Shown here piece by piece: positions 1 through 10,022 of a stretch of DNA of 64,000 bases; the first letter of the stretch is position 1; each line of letters begins with the position of its first letter. The DNA comes from Corallochytrium limacisporum Hawaii. Its lineage: Eukaryota; Protista; Pluriformea. Where the stretch lies: contig PDIP01000010.1 of NCBI GenBank assembly GCA_002811645.1, positions 239,842 through 303,841 of the forward strand, written 5' to 3'. The notes beneath the pieces are model-generated. The model saw nothing but the letters and a program-made list of their open reading frames with translations. It made no database searches and was not told where the DNA came from. Made by a program: the position numbers and the translations under genes.

Positions 1-189
1 AGAAAGCTAGGCAAGGGGGGTGGTCTCACCTGTCCCATTTGCAAGAGTGAGCCCACTAATGTATACTCAACGTGGTGCGGACACATATTCTGCTACGATT
101 GTATCTACAACATGGTCAAGATCAACAAGAAGTGCGCAATTTGTAGACAGAAAGTGACCATGAAACAGATTCATCCGTTGTACACATAG
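1..189 (+). CDS. 3' end of C3HC4 RING-finger protein (RNF4/Slx8-like C-terminus), partial
   Basis: Frame 1 reads CPIC...CGHIFCYDC...CAICRQKVTMKQIHPLYT, TAG at 187-189; the start lies outside the window. Confidence 0.85.
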   Translation, partial: RKLGKGGGLTCPICKSEPTNVYSTWCGHIFCYDCIYNMVKINKKCAICRQKVTMKQIHPLYT

Positions 190-297
190 GTAAGGCATGA
201 CTATCATCATCTATACATGACCATATAACATACTGTTTATCCATGAGAATTTATGCTCAAGCGCGCTGTACAATTAAAATTTGTGTGTAATCTACAT

Positions 298-783
298 CTA
301 TTTCACAGTGCGGAACTCCGATTCAATGTCGCTGATCATGGTCGGTTCATTATTCTTTTCGTCATATTCTGCCCAATCACCCTCAGTGAGGTCGACATCT
401 TCAAAAGGAGTACCGGTCTCAGCACCCTTGCACTTCCATCCATCGCGGACTTCGAATACCACCGGTTCAATGCCCCGGCAATCCATCACTAGAATGCAGG
501 CCGGAGATCCAGAGTGGTCCTCGGTGTATGGCTTGACGGTGTCGGGCAGAATGTCAATTGAAGATTGCCGGCTGCAAAGTTTGCATTTGTAGACAAAGTT
601 TGCCTCACCGCGGCTGCCAGGTAATTCAAAGGTCTCGGTCTTGTTAATTCCGACAAACTTTTCGCTTTCTTCCCCACAATTACCGCACTGTACCTTGAAC
701 ATATAGTTGAAGTCCTCGCCATCCGGCTGAAGATCTGTCACGTTGGTCAGAGTGGCGTTGAAGTACAAACCAACTTTCACCAT
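298..783 (-). CDS. CZIB: CXXC-motif zinc-binding protein (DUF866/C1orf123 family)
   Basis: 161 aa; FKVQCGNCGE, GSRGEANFVYKCKLCSR, DCRGIEPV, DLTEGDWAEYDEK. Confidence 0.92.
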   Translation of the reverse strand: MVKVGLYFNATLTNVTDLQPDGEDFNYMFKVQCGNCGEESEKFVGINKTETFELPGSRGEANFVYKCKLCSRQSSIDILPDTVKPYTEDHSGSPACILVMDCRGIEPVVFEVRDGWKCKGAETGTPFEDVDLTEGDWAEYDEKNNEPTMISDIESEFRTVK

Positions 784-1338
784 GACTCCGCGGTTACAAC
801 AATACAGACAGACACACGTTTAACATTCCTTGGTTTGCCGCCATGTTACTGGATTGGTGCAGATATGCACGACTGGAAATAGCTCTTGAATTACTTTGTA
901 TGCCCAGAGACTTGTTGGTCTGCAACAAGTGGCTGTTGAACGACTTAGCCCCTTCGATTGTGAAAGTCCCGTATATTGTACGCTTCGTGTCCATAGTCAA
1001 AAAATGGTCGGGGACGGGTTTTCGATAGTGGATGTGCCAGTGCGGGAGCCAGACACATAGACCCGCCTGCCTCCGCAATCAATAAGTTTTCTCGCTTCCT
1101 TACACCGCCTTCAAGCCCCCAGGGGCGTGCACGCGGGTCGTGTGGAATCTTAACTTGGGTCTCATTTGGGGATGATGCTACTTCGAATCTGTAGGTGAGT
1201 TTCCTTTGGTGCATGTTTATAAAATATGGAGACATCTTAGCACCATTACACAGAACCTCTTTTCATCCGCAGAAATTAATCCGGATAAAGCCTCTGTCAC
1301 TATGTAAGTCATCGCCCTTGGACACCAACGCGGCAGCA

Positions 1339-2601
1339 ATGGAAGATACAATGAAATCAGGAGTTCCTGCGTATAGAATATGTGTCGCACCCATGATGCG
1401 GGTCACGCACTCGCATTTCCGTCATGCCATGAGGCTGATCACGCACAGGACCCTTTTGTACACAGAGATGTATACATCGGCGGCCATTTTTCACAACCCA
1501 GCATTCAGAGAGGAGAAATTGGCATTTGACATCAAAACACAAAATCCGATTGCTTTGCAGCTCGGAGGAAGAGATCCGGAAGAGATGGCCATTGCTGCAA
1601 GCTACGCAGCGCCGTACGGATACGACGAGATCAATGTCAATGTCGGCTGTCCAAGCTCAAAGGTTGCAGGAGGGAAACAAGCGTTCGGTGCGGCACTAAT
1701 GCTTGAACCGGAATTGGTCAAAAACATTACCTACGAAATGTATCAAAAGGTCAGGCTCGCGGCACCCAGCACACCGGTGACGGTGAAATGTCGCATTGGG
1801 GTGGATCACCAGGACGACTACGAAACCATGCGAGAATTTGTTCGAACGGTAAGTAGCAACGGTGTCGTTAGTCACTTCCAAATCCATGCACGCAAAGCCT
1901 GGCTGAATGGTCTAAACACACGCAAGAACAGGACCGTGCCACCACTGAAGTATGACTATGTATATCGATTGATCGAAGACTTCCCCGACCTCAAATTTTC
2001 TATCAACGGTGGCATCACCACCAACACACAGATACAGAGCATGCTGGACCACGGCGTCGACGGCGTCATGATTGGGCGGGGAGCATGGAACAATCCTTGG
2101 ATGTTCTGGGATGTCGACCGGCGGTACTACGGCTGCAGCCGCAATCCTGCAGACTGTCCTGGCCAGGTCATCCGCGGATACCAAAAGTACCTAATCGATT
2201 TGATCGAGAAAACGAAGAACGAGCCTCAGGGCGACTGGGCAGAGGTCAATAAGGCCATTGGTACCTTCTGTATTCTGCTGACGGGGGTGCGTGGCTCCCG
2301 TCGGGCCAAGGCATTGTTACTGCAGCAGAGCACGCAGCAGCGGAGGAAAAATCCGGACCTCCTCATTGACAACGTTAAAGCCGCAGTGGAAGCCCTGACA
2401 GACTGGGACATTGAGAAGCCATTTCATCTACGACAATTGACTCGCCTGGATGGCGAGGAATCCACCAATCACAATGCCAACATTGCCGCTGATGACCAGG
2501 AGCAAGGGAACCACAGCAACTTCGGTGGCAGCGATCGCAGCGAGACCAGTGACCAGCCATTCGATGACGCAGAGGCGAACATTACTCGCCTGGCAGGCTG
2601 A
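1339..2601 (+). CDS. tRNA-dihydrouridine synthase, DusA-type
   Basis: VAPMM, PIALQLGG, GYDEINVNVGCPS, PVTVKCRIG, HARKAWLNGL, INGGI, GVMIGRGAWNNPW; start taken as the ATG at 1339 (MEDTM). Confidence 0.9.
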   Translation: MEDTMKSGVPAYRICVAPMMRVTHSHFRHAMRLITHRTLLYTEMYTSAAIFHNPAFREEKLAFDIKTQNPIALQLGGRDPEEMAIAASYAAPYGYDEINVNVGCPSSKVAGGKQAFGAALMLEPELVKNITYEMYQKVRLAAPSTPVTVKCRIGVDHQDDYETMREFVRTVSSNGVVSHFQIHARKAWLNGLNTRKNRTVPPLKYDYVYRLIEDFPDLKFSINGGITTNTQIQSMLDHGVDGVMIGRGAWNNPWMFWDVDRRYYGCSRNPADCPGQVIRGYQKYLIDLIEKTKNEPQGDWAEVNKAIGTFCILLTGVRGSRRAKALLLQQSTQQRRKNPDLLIDNVKAAVEALTDWDIEKPFHLRQLTRLDGEESTNHNANIAADDQEQGNHSNFGGSDRSETSDQPFDDAEANITRLAG

Positions 2602-4645
2602 CTAGTCTATTCCATGATTCCTTTGTGTCGATATTCTGCTTTTCATCATCTGCAAAGATTAGAAATGTTGCATCATTCTCGTCGAACCCCGACTTGTCCT
2701 CGTTGTCTGGTGCAAGTGACTTTCGGAAGAAGTCGTAACTCAGAGACGGCCTGTATGCTTTGAGCATGGCCCGTACACCGTGATCCCGGACTCTTACGCT
2801 AAAGTTCTTCATGATCACCACGTTCATGTTGGCCTTGTCCAAATCTGGATTATCACGCATCAAATTAAAGAATCCATAGTAGTTATCCGTCATGAGACAG
2901 TCCAACACCTTGAAAGCATGACGCACCTCCATAGACTGGGCAATGCTCGGTTGCATACGCTTACGGATCGACATAGCTTCAGCGTATTGCTTTGTATAGC
3001 AATGGTACAGCACGGAGTAACCGGTAAACTCTGCTTCATGCGGATGCACAGGTCTAGAGTCCTGCTGCGTGGTCGTGTTCTCAACTTGATCTTGAGCTCT
3101 AAGTTGAGCACCGGTACGGACAGATCCCTTTTTCTTCTTTTTCTTCGTCCTGCTTGATGCCGCTCTTGGTTTAATGTCCTCATCAGGCTTAACCACAGCG
3201 TAAAGGTGACGCAGCTGACTCAGGCACTGATGCAGTTCCTCCATGTCATGGTTCTCGAGGGATATCCGTGCGTTCTGCTCGTAGACGTAAATTGTAAATG
3301 AATGGCGAATGCACTGCACCGTAAGATCTTGTCGGATGCTCTTCAACTGCTCTCCAGTGTACTCGTAGCTCTTCTGCTCTTTGTATCGCTTCAAGTGGAA
3401 TTCCATTGCAGTTTTCAAAACTTCTTCACTACGCACGTCCTCTGGGTGCGGCGGTGCAGTCAAACGGAAGTATTTCTTCTCCAGGTTCTGTCCGGTACCA
3501 ACAATGGCCAGATTGCTCCAGTCAACTTCATCCATGCCACTGATATCCACCTTCTGTTCATGCGCCTGCGCAATCGCGAAATTTGGATGGGCAGTCATTA
3601 AATGCCCAGCAGACCGTCTGGGGGTGTCCGTTAATGACTTGGCGAAGCGATTTGCCCTGGCATTCTTTGTTTCATGGTCCTCCTGGAGCACACCGCTAGT
3701 GATGCTTGTAAGGGGTTCGTTGCTGATGGCTTGGCCACCCTTTGCTTTCTTAGGCTTTGGGGATTGCCGCGGTGTGGTAGTTGGCGAAGGTAGCGAATCC
3801 AACGGCAGGACTGTAACCTTTGGCTCCCTCTTTGAAATATGCTGCAAGGTGTCCAGGGTCCGCTGTTGGGGTAGGACTGATGTGGTCCCCGGCAATGATG
3901 AAGATGTCTTATTAAGGGTTCTTGTTGCACCGTTTTCAACCGTCTTGTCCTCGGGCGGTGGAGTCGCAAAGCGGCGCCTCTTACGTTTCTTTGTCGGTTG
4001 CTGCTGTGGCGTAGTGGTTGCTTCGTCCAGTGCGATACTGAGTCCTTGTGTAGTCCGTTTGTTCCGCAGAATCGGCGGCTCAAGATCCCAGTCCCTGGTC
4101 TGAATGTCCCCGCGAGCGTAAGCAGCTTCCAAGATTTGTTCAAGGGCCTTCTCAATTTCACTTTCTTTGCCCTGCGCCTTGGCAGCTTCAAAGGATCGTG
4201 CTACGTAGTTTTTCAAGGATTCTGGCCACCCATCTTCGGCATTGTCGTTTTCGCTCTTATTGATCTGGGCTTTTCCCTTGCTGTGTGCCGAAACGGATGA
4301 GCTGGTGGTGGTTGTCTTTTGACTTCCTGCTAGACCCTTTCGTCCAGCTGATTTCCGGTTGGTGGCAGCTACCGGGGACTGCGATAGAGTTGTTCTACGT
4401 CGTCCTGGCATGATACTCGAGTATGTTGGCGCCTGAACTGGAGAATCATTCTTCGCTGAGAAAGAAGACTGCAGAGACGCCTGCTGGCTGTGGGCAACCG
4501 ATGCTGGCCGCGCTGCGGTGGAGGCACCAGCCGCGTATGGATTCGCTGGTGGCCACATCCCTGTCTCCGCAGCGTATTTGGCCCTCCATTCATTGTATTC
4601 ACGCAGATATTTCGCCCACGCAGCAGCATTATCTTCCGTGCCCAT
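2582..4645 (-). CDS. LENG8: SAC3/GANP/THP3 domain protein (LENG8/Thp3-like)
   Basis: IVGTGQNLEKKYFRLTAPPHPEDVR, EQLKSIRQDLTVQ, VYEQNARISLE; also WPESLKNYVARSF; start taken as the ATG at 4645. Confidence 0.85.
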   Translation of the reverse strand: MGTEDNAAAWAKYLREYNEWRAKYAAETGMWPPANPYAAGASTAARPASVAHSQQASLQSSFSAKNDSPVQAPTYSSIMPGRRRTTLSQSPVAATNRKSAGRKGLAGSQKTTTTSSSVSAHSKGKAQINKSENDNAEDGWPESLKNYVARSFEAAKAQGKESEIEKALEQILEAAYARGDIQTRDWDLEPPILRNKRTTQGLSIALDEATTTPQQQPTKKRKRRRFATPPPEDKTVENGATRTLNKTSSSLPGTTSVLPQQRTLDTLQHISKREPKVTVLPLDSLPSPTTTPRQSPKPKKAKGGQAISNEPLTSITSGVLQEDHETKNARANRFAKSLTDTPRRSAGHLMTAHPNFAIAQAHEQKVDISGMDEVDWSNLAIVGTGQNLEKKYFRLTAPPHPEDVRSEEVLKTAMEFHLKRYKEQKSYEYTGEQLKSIRQDLTVQCIRHSFTIYVYEQNARISLENHDMEELHQCLSQLRHLYAVVKPDEDIKPRAASSRTKKKKKKGSVRTGAQLRAQDQVENTTTQQDSRPVHPHEAEFTGYSVLYHCYTKQYAEAMSIRKRMQPSIAQSMEVRHAFKVLDCLMTDNYYGFFNLMRDNPDLDKANMNVVIMKNFSVRVRDHGVRAMLKAYRPSLSYDFFRKSLAPDNEDKSGFDENDATFLIFADDEKQNIDTKESWNRLVSLPGE

Positions 4646-5148
4646 TGCTAATCTATAGTGGCACCGAGTGTTCGGTTGCTTTGACTCCTGTTGTCTACTA
4701 CTCCACCATTGTGGTCGCCCATTCGCGTAGTGTAATGCTATGTTCACATCGTCAAAACAGTGTGGTATACCCCAAAAAGGAACCACAACATATTTTACAT
4801 GGCTTCAAACTGAAGGTTCAGACTTCCACTGTCCAAGTACCACCAGTGTCGGGAAAGGCTTATAAACGACATGTCACCGAAATTGAATGCCGCACTCAGC
4901 CCACCCTCCTCCAGACCGTGCGGTGCCTGCTCCCGTCGTTTCCCTCCCCCCCGTCCCGACGGTACGCTTGGCAAAGGCGCCAGGCAAGGAGGCGCTCGCA
5001 CGAAGAGTTCGCTGTCAGTGGCTATTTGAGACGAAACGATGTACTCGAACTTCTTATGGTATGAGCAAAGTTGCCACAAGGTCGGCAATCAAGGCCAACA
5101 CTTTTTTCTTGTATTATAAAACAACAAGGTACACATGATCTTCGTCTG

Positions 5149-6102
5149 ATGCTTTCGCTCTTACGCACCTGTAAAACCGTCGCGCCAAGCAGTCATCATT
5201 TAGGTTGTGTTTGTGTGATGGGTCGTGTGTCAAAAGGCAAAGCCTCGTACTATGGCGTGCGAAAGGGTCGAAAACCAGGCATCTATCGTGTCTGGGCCGA
5301 TGCAGAAGCGCAAGTGAAGGGATTCACGGGAGCCGTGCACAAGAAATTCCCTAGCGAAGCGGAAGCACAGGCTTTTGTCTACGGACCAACTGGACAACAT
5401 GCGACACAGGCAATGAAGTCCGGCACCAAGCTTCCATCCACAAAATCAGCACGAGCAAAGCCCAAGCCTTTCAGTAGACAGAGCGGGAATTTAGAGGTTG
5501 ACTCGGTTTTGTCCAAGATCAAACTGATTCCCGACCAGGACAGCGACAGAGCCAAACCTGTCTACCTTCTTGGACGATACGTCGCGGGAAAGGGCAGCTT
5601 TTTAATCCACAAGGAAACCGACGCGGTTCACATTTGGACTGATGGTGCCAGCAGCAATAATCAATACCAGGATGATCGGAGAAGGGCTGGCTACGGTGTC
5701 TTCTGGAATGAGAACCATCCGTGGAACACCAGTGAGCGACTGGCTGGGCCATGGAAGGTCCAAACAAATCAGCGCGCCGAGCTGATGGCCGCCCTCGATG
5801 CCATCGAAAGGGCCTCTGAACTTGATCGGGACTTGGTTTTGGTCACGGACTCGAACTATGTCATCAAGGGCATGACGGGAGAATTCAAGAGCATCCTCAA
5901 CAGTGTCAGTGCAGAGCGACTGGCACGGTCGGATCAGAGAGTCGAGGCGGTGGTCAACGGTGATCTTTGGCTGCGCATGTTTGCGTTGCTCAAGTCATCA
6001 AAGCGACAGATCAGTGTACAGCACGTGAAGGGCCACAGTGGTGCCTTTGGCAACGTAGAAGCGGACGATTTGGCAGTGAAAGGAGCGGCGAAATCGCAGT
6101 GA
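5149..6102 (+). CDS. RNASEH1: Ribonuclease H1 (hybrid-binding domain plus RNase H domain)
   Basis: YYGVRKGRKPGIYRVW...FTGAVHKKF; WTDGASSNN, TNQRAELMA, TDSNYVI, HVKGHSGAFGNVEADDLA; in-frame ATGs at 5149 and 5218. Confidence 0.93.
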   Translation: MLSLLRTCKTVAPSSHHLGCVCVMGRVSKGKASYYGVRKGRKPGIYRVWADAEAQVKGFTGAVHKKFPSEAEAQAFVYGPTGQHATQAMKSGTKLPSTKSARAKPKPFSRQSGNLEVDSVLSKIKLIPDQDSDRAKPVYLLGRYVAGKGSFLIHKETDAVHIWTDGASSNNQYQDDRRRAGYGVFWNENHPWNTSERLAGPWKVQTNQRAELMAALDAIERASELDRDLVLVTDSNYVIKGMTGEFKSILNSVSAERLARSDQRVEAVVNGDLWLRMFALLKSSKRQISVQHVKGHSGAFGNVEADDLAVKGAAKSQ

Positions 6103-6235
6103 AGAACCTAAAGAAAGACAAACGTATAATAGTCACTACATAGTACCAGCAATGTCATTGTTTGAGAGAAATAGATACATTAGTGATCTGTATTTTAGTT
6201 GATTCTTTAACAATGCATTTTAACATCGGACATTC

Positions 6236-8311
6236 TCAGAGATCGGATTCACTCGTAGTGTGCACGCTTGTGGATGATGACTCCGCAGGATCTGCTGATA
6301 CTTCCTGTTCGTGGTTGTCAGACTGTGTCACTGCATCCGGCGATTGTGCCTGGTGTTGGAGGATTGCCGCGTCGGTGGCTGACGAAACACGGGTGGGCGA
6401 ATGCGATCCTTCCGACCTACGCAGATTGCGCCGGGTGGCCTCCAATTCACGTACAGAGATCCTTAAGTGATTATCCGGTGAAGGCTCTCCCGTGCTAGTG
6501 CTACCAGAGTTTCGGACATTTGGGGATGCCTCACGCCTGTCGACGGAAGAGGGTTGAGGTGGTGCGTCGAGCAACTCCTTGAGTTCCAAAGGAGTGGTGG
6601 GTTCGGGCGTGGATATCTCCGGGCGCATTCTCCGCGATTCTAGCATGTCCTTTGCCAAATGGTACAATTTAATTGCAATTAGGACGAGTCCCCGCCAGAG
6701 CAATCTTGCAACCAATTGGATGTACCTACGACCAGGACCGTAGCCATTCGCCAGGAGGGCAATGAAGGTGACGTTGAACACTAGTTTGGCAATCGGATTC
6801 TCCAAAATAGATAATCCGTAGTGTTCCTGGTTGAGGATCACCTGCTCCAAAGCATGAATACCAACCGCCCGTCCCAGCAGTGGCTGTGAGGTGGTTAGCA
6901 AGAGGAATGCACTAAGCACCACCAGTAGTCTGTCGAAGGAACGTTCGTCATGTTTCTTGAGCATCTTTTGGGTAATGTCCAATCGCCAGAAGCCGTACAA
7001 GGTAGCCAGAAGAATGTAGACCATCATGGTAACCTGTAATCCAACTGCAATTGGCGGAATGAAGCGCCAAATGACTAATTGACTCAAACCGGCGGCCTTC
7101 AATGCCTCATCCGCATACCGATCGAGCTGGCGTATGACCGGGTTCACAGCTCCCCAGAGCATGTGCAAGGCAAACAGGGTGACCGCAATATAGTTGAATA
7201 CAACGTGCATAGTGTGCACAGTCCTGGGGATACGGAAGGCAGGCATGCGTTCAAGTCCTGTGGCTTCTTGGGCGTTGTGCCGCATCTTACGGTATTCGTA
7301 GCTCTTCCGGAAGTCCTTACCCTGTAGCCTGCTAGAATACACGACCTTCACCTCGCCCTCGATTTCGTCAGCTTCATACCGGCCTTCCCCTTTGCTATCT
7401 TCTGGCACCATCATCAACATAGCAGGGTCTACTGCAACCTCATACTCCACACTGTATCGATTGGTAACACTGGGAAGGGTCCTGAAGCCGTCCGGAGCGC
7501 ACCACGCGAACATTGCAATACCCGCGAAACTGACCAGCAGTTGTAAAACCATAGGTACAGACTGCCAACTCAAACCGATGGTCCAGGTCGCGACTGCGGT
7601 AATTCCAAGAACTAGTGCAGCAATCTGAGCAATGACCACTATAGTTTCCAGCATGTACCCCCAGAACCCCTTTATGATAATCCCTTCCGCCTCGCGAATC
7701 AAGTACGCAAACGGCAACAGCGCAAACATACATATGTTGCTGCTGAGCAGTACTGCTTCCCAAACTCCAGAAATGAGATCAAAGGTCAGCCAATTGAGGT
7801 AATCCGACCCTTGGTTGTTGTGCAGAATGAAATAGCAGATGATTGTCATCGGTTGCAACACGGCCAGGAGAATGGATGTGGCTAGTGTATATGACGCAAT
7901 GATTCGTTGGATCATGCCAGTGATCCATCCATATTCGGTTGACCGATTTCGATCATGCAAGACACGCCGCAATGCTGCGTTTTCTTCCCGTGACTGTGAT
8001 CGTTTGTATTCGCTTATCGATGCTTCTCCTGTAGCCTGACTGCTTCTACGCCTTTGCTGAATCCGTTCAGTAAACACATTGTATTGCAGGACAATTAGAT
8101 AGGACACCAAGAAGAGGATTACGTAAAGCGTCCCCAGTACTGTCTTTTCACGCACGCCCTCATCAAATTCCTGGCCATCAACAATATCATCATTAGTGTC
8201 ATTTACTCCAGGTACACAGATGGATGACCCGTCGATATTGTTAAACTCGTCTGAGTTCCCGGCGCAAGATTGGCCTTCCTGTACCAAGTACGGCAATGCG
8301 AAGGAGCTCAT
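6236..8311 (-). CDS. LMBR1/LMBR1L-like multipass membrane protein
   Basis: 691 aa with many hydrophobic segments; YLNWLTFDLISGVW and SNICMFALLPFAYLIREAEG match LMBR1-family motifs. Confidence 0.75.
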   Translation of the reverse strand: MSSFALPYLVQEGQSCAGNSDEFNNIDGSSICVPGVNDTNDDIVDGQEFDEGVREKTVLGTLYVILFLVSYLIVLQYNVFTERIQQRRRSSQATGEASISEYKRSQSREENAALRRVLHDRNRSTEYGWITGMIQRIIASYTLATSILLAVLQPMTIICYFILHNNQGSDYLNWLTFDLISGVWEAVLLSSNICMFALLPFAYLIREAEGIIIKGFWGYMLETIVVIAQIAALVLGITAVATWTIGLSWQSVPMVLQLLVSFAGIAMFAWCAPDGFRTLPSVTNRYSVEYEVAVDPAMLMMVPEDSKGEGRYEADEIEGEVKVVYSSRLQGKDFRKSYEYRKMRHNAQEATGLERMPAFRIPRTVHTMHVVFNYIAVTLFALHMLWGAVNPVIRQLDRYADEALKAAGLSQLVIWRFIPPIAVGLQVTMMVYILLATLYGFWRLDITQKMLKKHDERSFDRLLVVLSAFLLLTTSQPLLGRAVGIHALEQVILNQEHYGLSILENPIAKLVFNVTFIALLANGYGPGRRYIQLVARLLWRGLVLIAIKLYHLAKDMLESRRMRPEISTPEPTTPLELKELLDAPPQPSSVDRREASPNVRNSGSTSTGEPSPDNHLRISVRELEATRRNLRRSEGSHSPTRVSSATDAAILQHQAQSPDAVTQSDNHEQEVSADPAESSSTSVHTTSESDL

Positions 8312-8711
8312 TGTGTTACAGTGTTGTTCATGTATTCAACTACATCGTACAACTTTTGCTTCTTACATTTTCTTAAACTGCCCAACGGCAGGCTTCAGGC
8401 TCTGAATCAGCTCATGGTGAAATCTCAAGTCGTTTCATGCACCAAACGATTTCGCAGTAACCCTTCCCAGACTCGCCGGTTTCTCCAATAGCAAGCCTTG
8501 CTCTATGGCTTCATCAATTACATTTATAAGATCTTCTCGTTAAAAAACCTTTTTTTTGTAAATTGAACCTTCACAAAGGTGATAAGTGCTGCCAAGAATC
8601 TGATGGTCTCTTGCGCTTTCTTTGTGCTCGTCCCGAGTTCGTTTGCTTGCTGTTCCCTTCCGGGACCCCGTCCCTTTGCGCATCACAGTCCCACAGGTCA
8701 ATACTCAATAT

Positions 8712-9064
8712 ATGAGTTTTTGCGCAACCCACGCGAGACAGGGCGAATTTGAACCGGGCGACGATACTCTTCGGAGTCTTCGGCAAGACGCGGACCCTGA
8801 GGCAGACTATCGTACCCATACCATAGGACTCGAAATCCAAAGCTTTCCAAAGAATATTTTCTTGTACCACGTACTCAGAATGGGTCCCGTCCTGCATCAG
8901 AAAGGGAAACCAGATTGAAAACTTCTCCATAAGAGTTACCTGGGACCTCTTCGTGCACACGTTCGCTTGAAGCCCCAGTTTTCATTAATTTCCCGCTTGA
9001 AAATCTGACACGAATCTTCAGTGTTCCCGAAAGTTTCCCCCGGTTTCCCATAGTAGACCTATGA
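8712..9064 (+). pseudogene. Decayed ARF-like GTPase, ARL6/BBS3-like
   Basis: GEFEPGDDTL has P-loop spacing without K/T; TIGLEIQSFPKNIFLYHVLRMG resembles ARL6 [23 protein letters not shown]; after frameshifts IRVTWDLF, EAPVFI and ENLTRIFSVPESFPRFPIV follow in ARL order. Confidence 0.55.
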
Positions 9065-9176
9065 GGTGTCCGGGGTCATAGTGTTTACTCCCATCATTTG
9101 TGAACAGCTGTCGGTGATGGGATCCCCTCTTGGTATATAATAGTCGTTTGCACTGGGGATGGGAAGGCTAGGGCCG

Positions 9177-9700
9177 ATGAGCCCCTCCCACCGCCTCCCC
9201 TTCCTTGCGGGGTTGGGGAGAGACCCGCTCCAGCAACAGTCGATGTGCGGCCCCTCCTCACTCCCAAAGCTGTCCCCCTCGTATCATAGACTCACTATGA
9301 AACACTGTTTCTGGTCGAGAAGCAGAAGACCGACAAAACTGGGGAAATGAAAGCCCACCACCACAGCGGGGGTTTGTCGTTTGGGTTTGCGTAGGACAGG
9401 GTTTTGGGCGGGAGTCCAAATTTGGGAGTCCAATTAGAATATCTGCCCTAGAACCGCCATAGTCAGGAAGAGTGGACGCACCGTTATCGTTCTACGCCTC
9501 GGTGGAGAGATGAGGGCGACGCGAAACTAGGCCCCCGGAAGCGCCTCACGATGATTCGGGAACAGAGGATTTCAAAGATAAACCGAAAGTATATTGAATT
9601 TACGCCAACTTTGCACGTTCGGACTCTGGTGAATGTCGCCCCGTTGTGGTACTTTCAGTATAGCCGGGACTGGCGAAAAGCCAGTTTTGCCTCGCCACCC
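9177..9700 (+). pseudogene. Decayed radial spoke head RSPH9-like gene
   Basis: N-terminal SSLPKL...CFWSR resembles TSLML...VLFWGR; C-terminal DKPK / LHVRTLV / AGTGEKPVLP resemble DIPK / VVLRSLL / VGTGEKNMDLP, in shifting frames with the middle missing. Confidence 0.5.
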
Positions 9701-10022
9701 AATTGTTGTGATGGGGGAGCGGATAGCCATAGTCACAGATTCCTTCATGAATGAGAAGGGCTGGATTTGGAGACCGGTGGTGACGACGAGGAAAACGATA
9801 GCGGGTTGATGGACTAAGCCACAGTCGCACAGTGTTGCGAACGTATTGAATGTGGTGTTGCTGATGTGAAAACGGGATTGCCCATTACATCTCATACCGA
9901 GACGGCCTCAATAAGCTAAATAGCATCTTCTGCTTAGGGGTTGGTTGGAAAGCTTGGTGATCAATCAGATTAGAAATAGAGGAGTTGCTTCTCAGGTGCA
10001 GTAGTTCCGCAAATAATCAACT

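Noticed and set aside
2599-2763. UGA-CUAG readthrough context at the DusA-like stop (53-codon extension ending ETACML)
   Set aside because: The context is dictated by the antisense LENG8 codons, and the extension has no PTS1 or other recognisable signal
8571-8960. 129-aa minus-strand ORF
   Set aside because: No motif support; the opposite strand explains the region better as an ARL6-like relic
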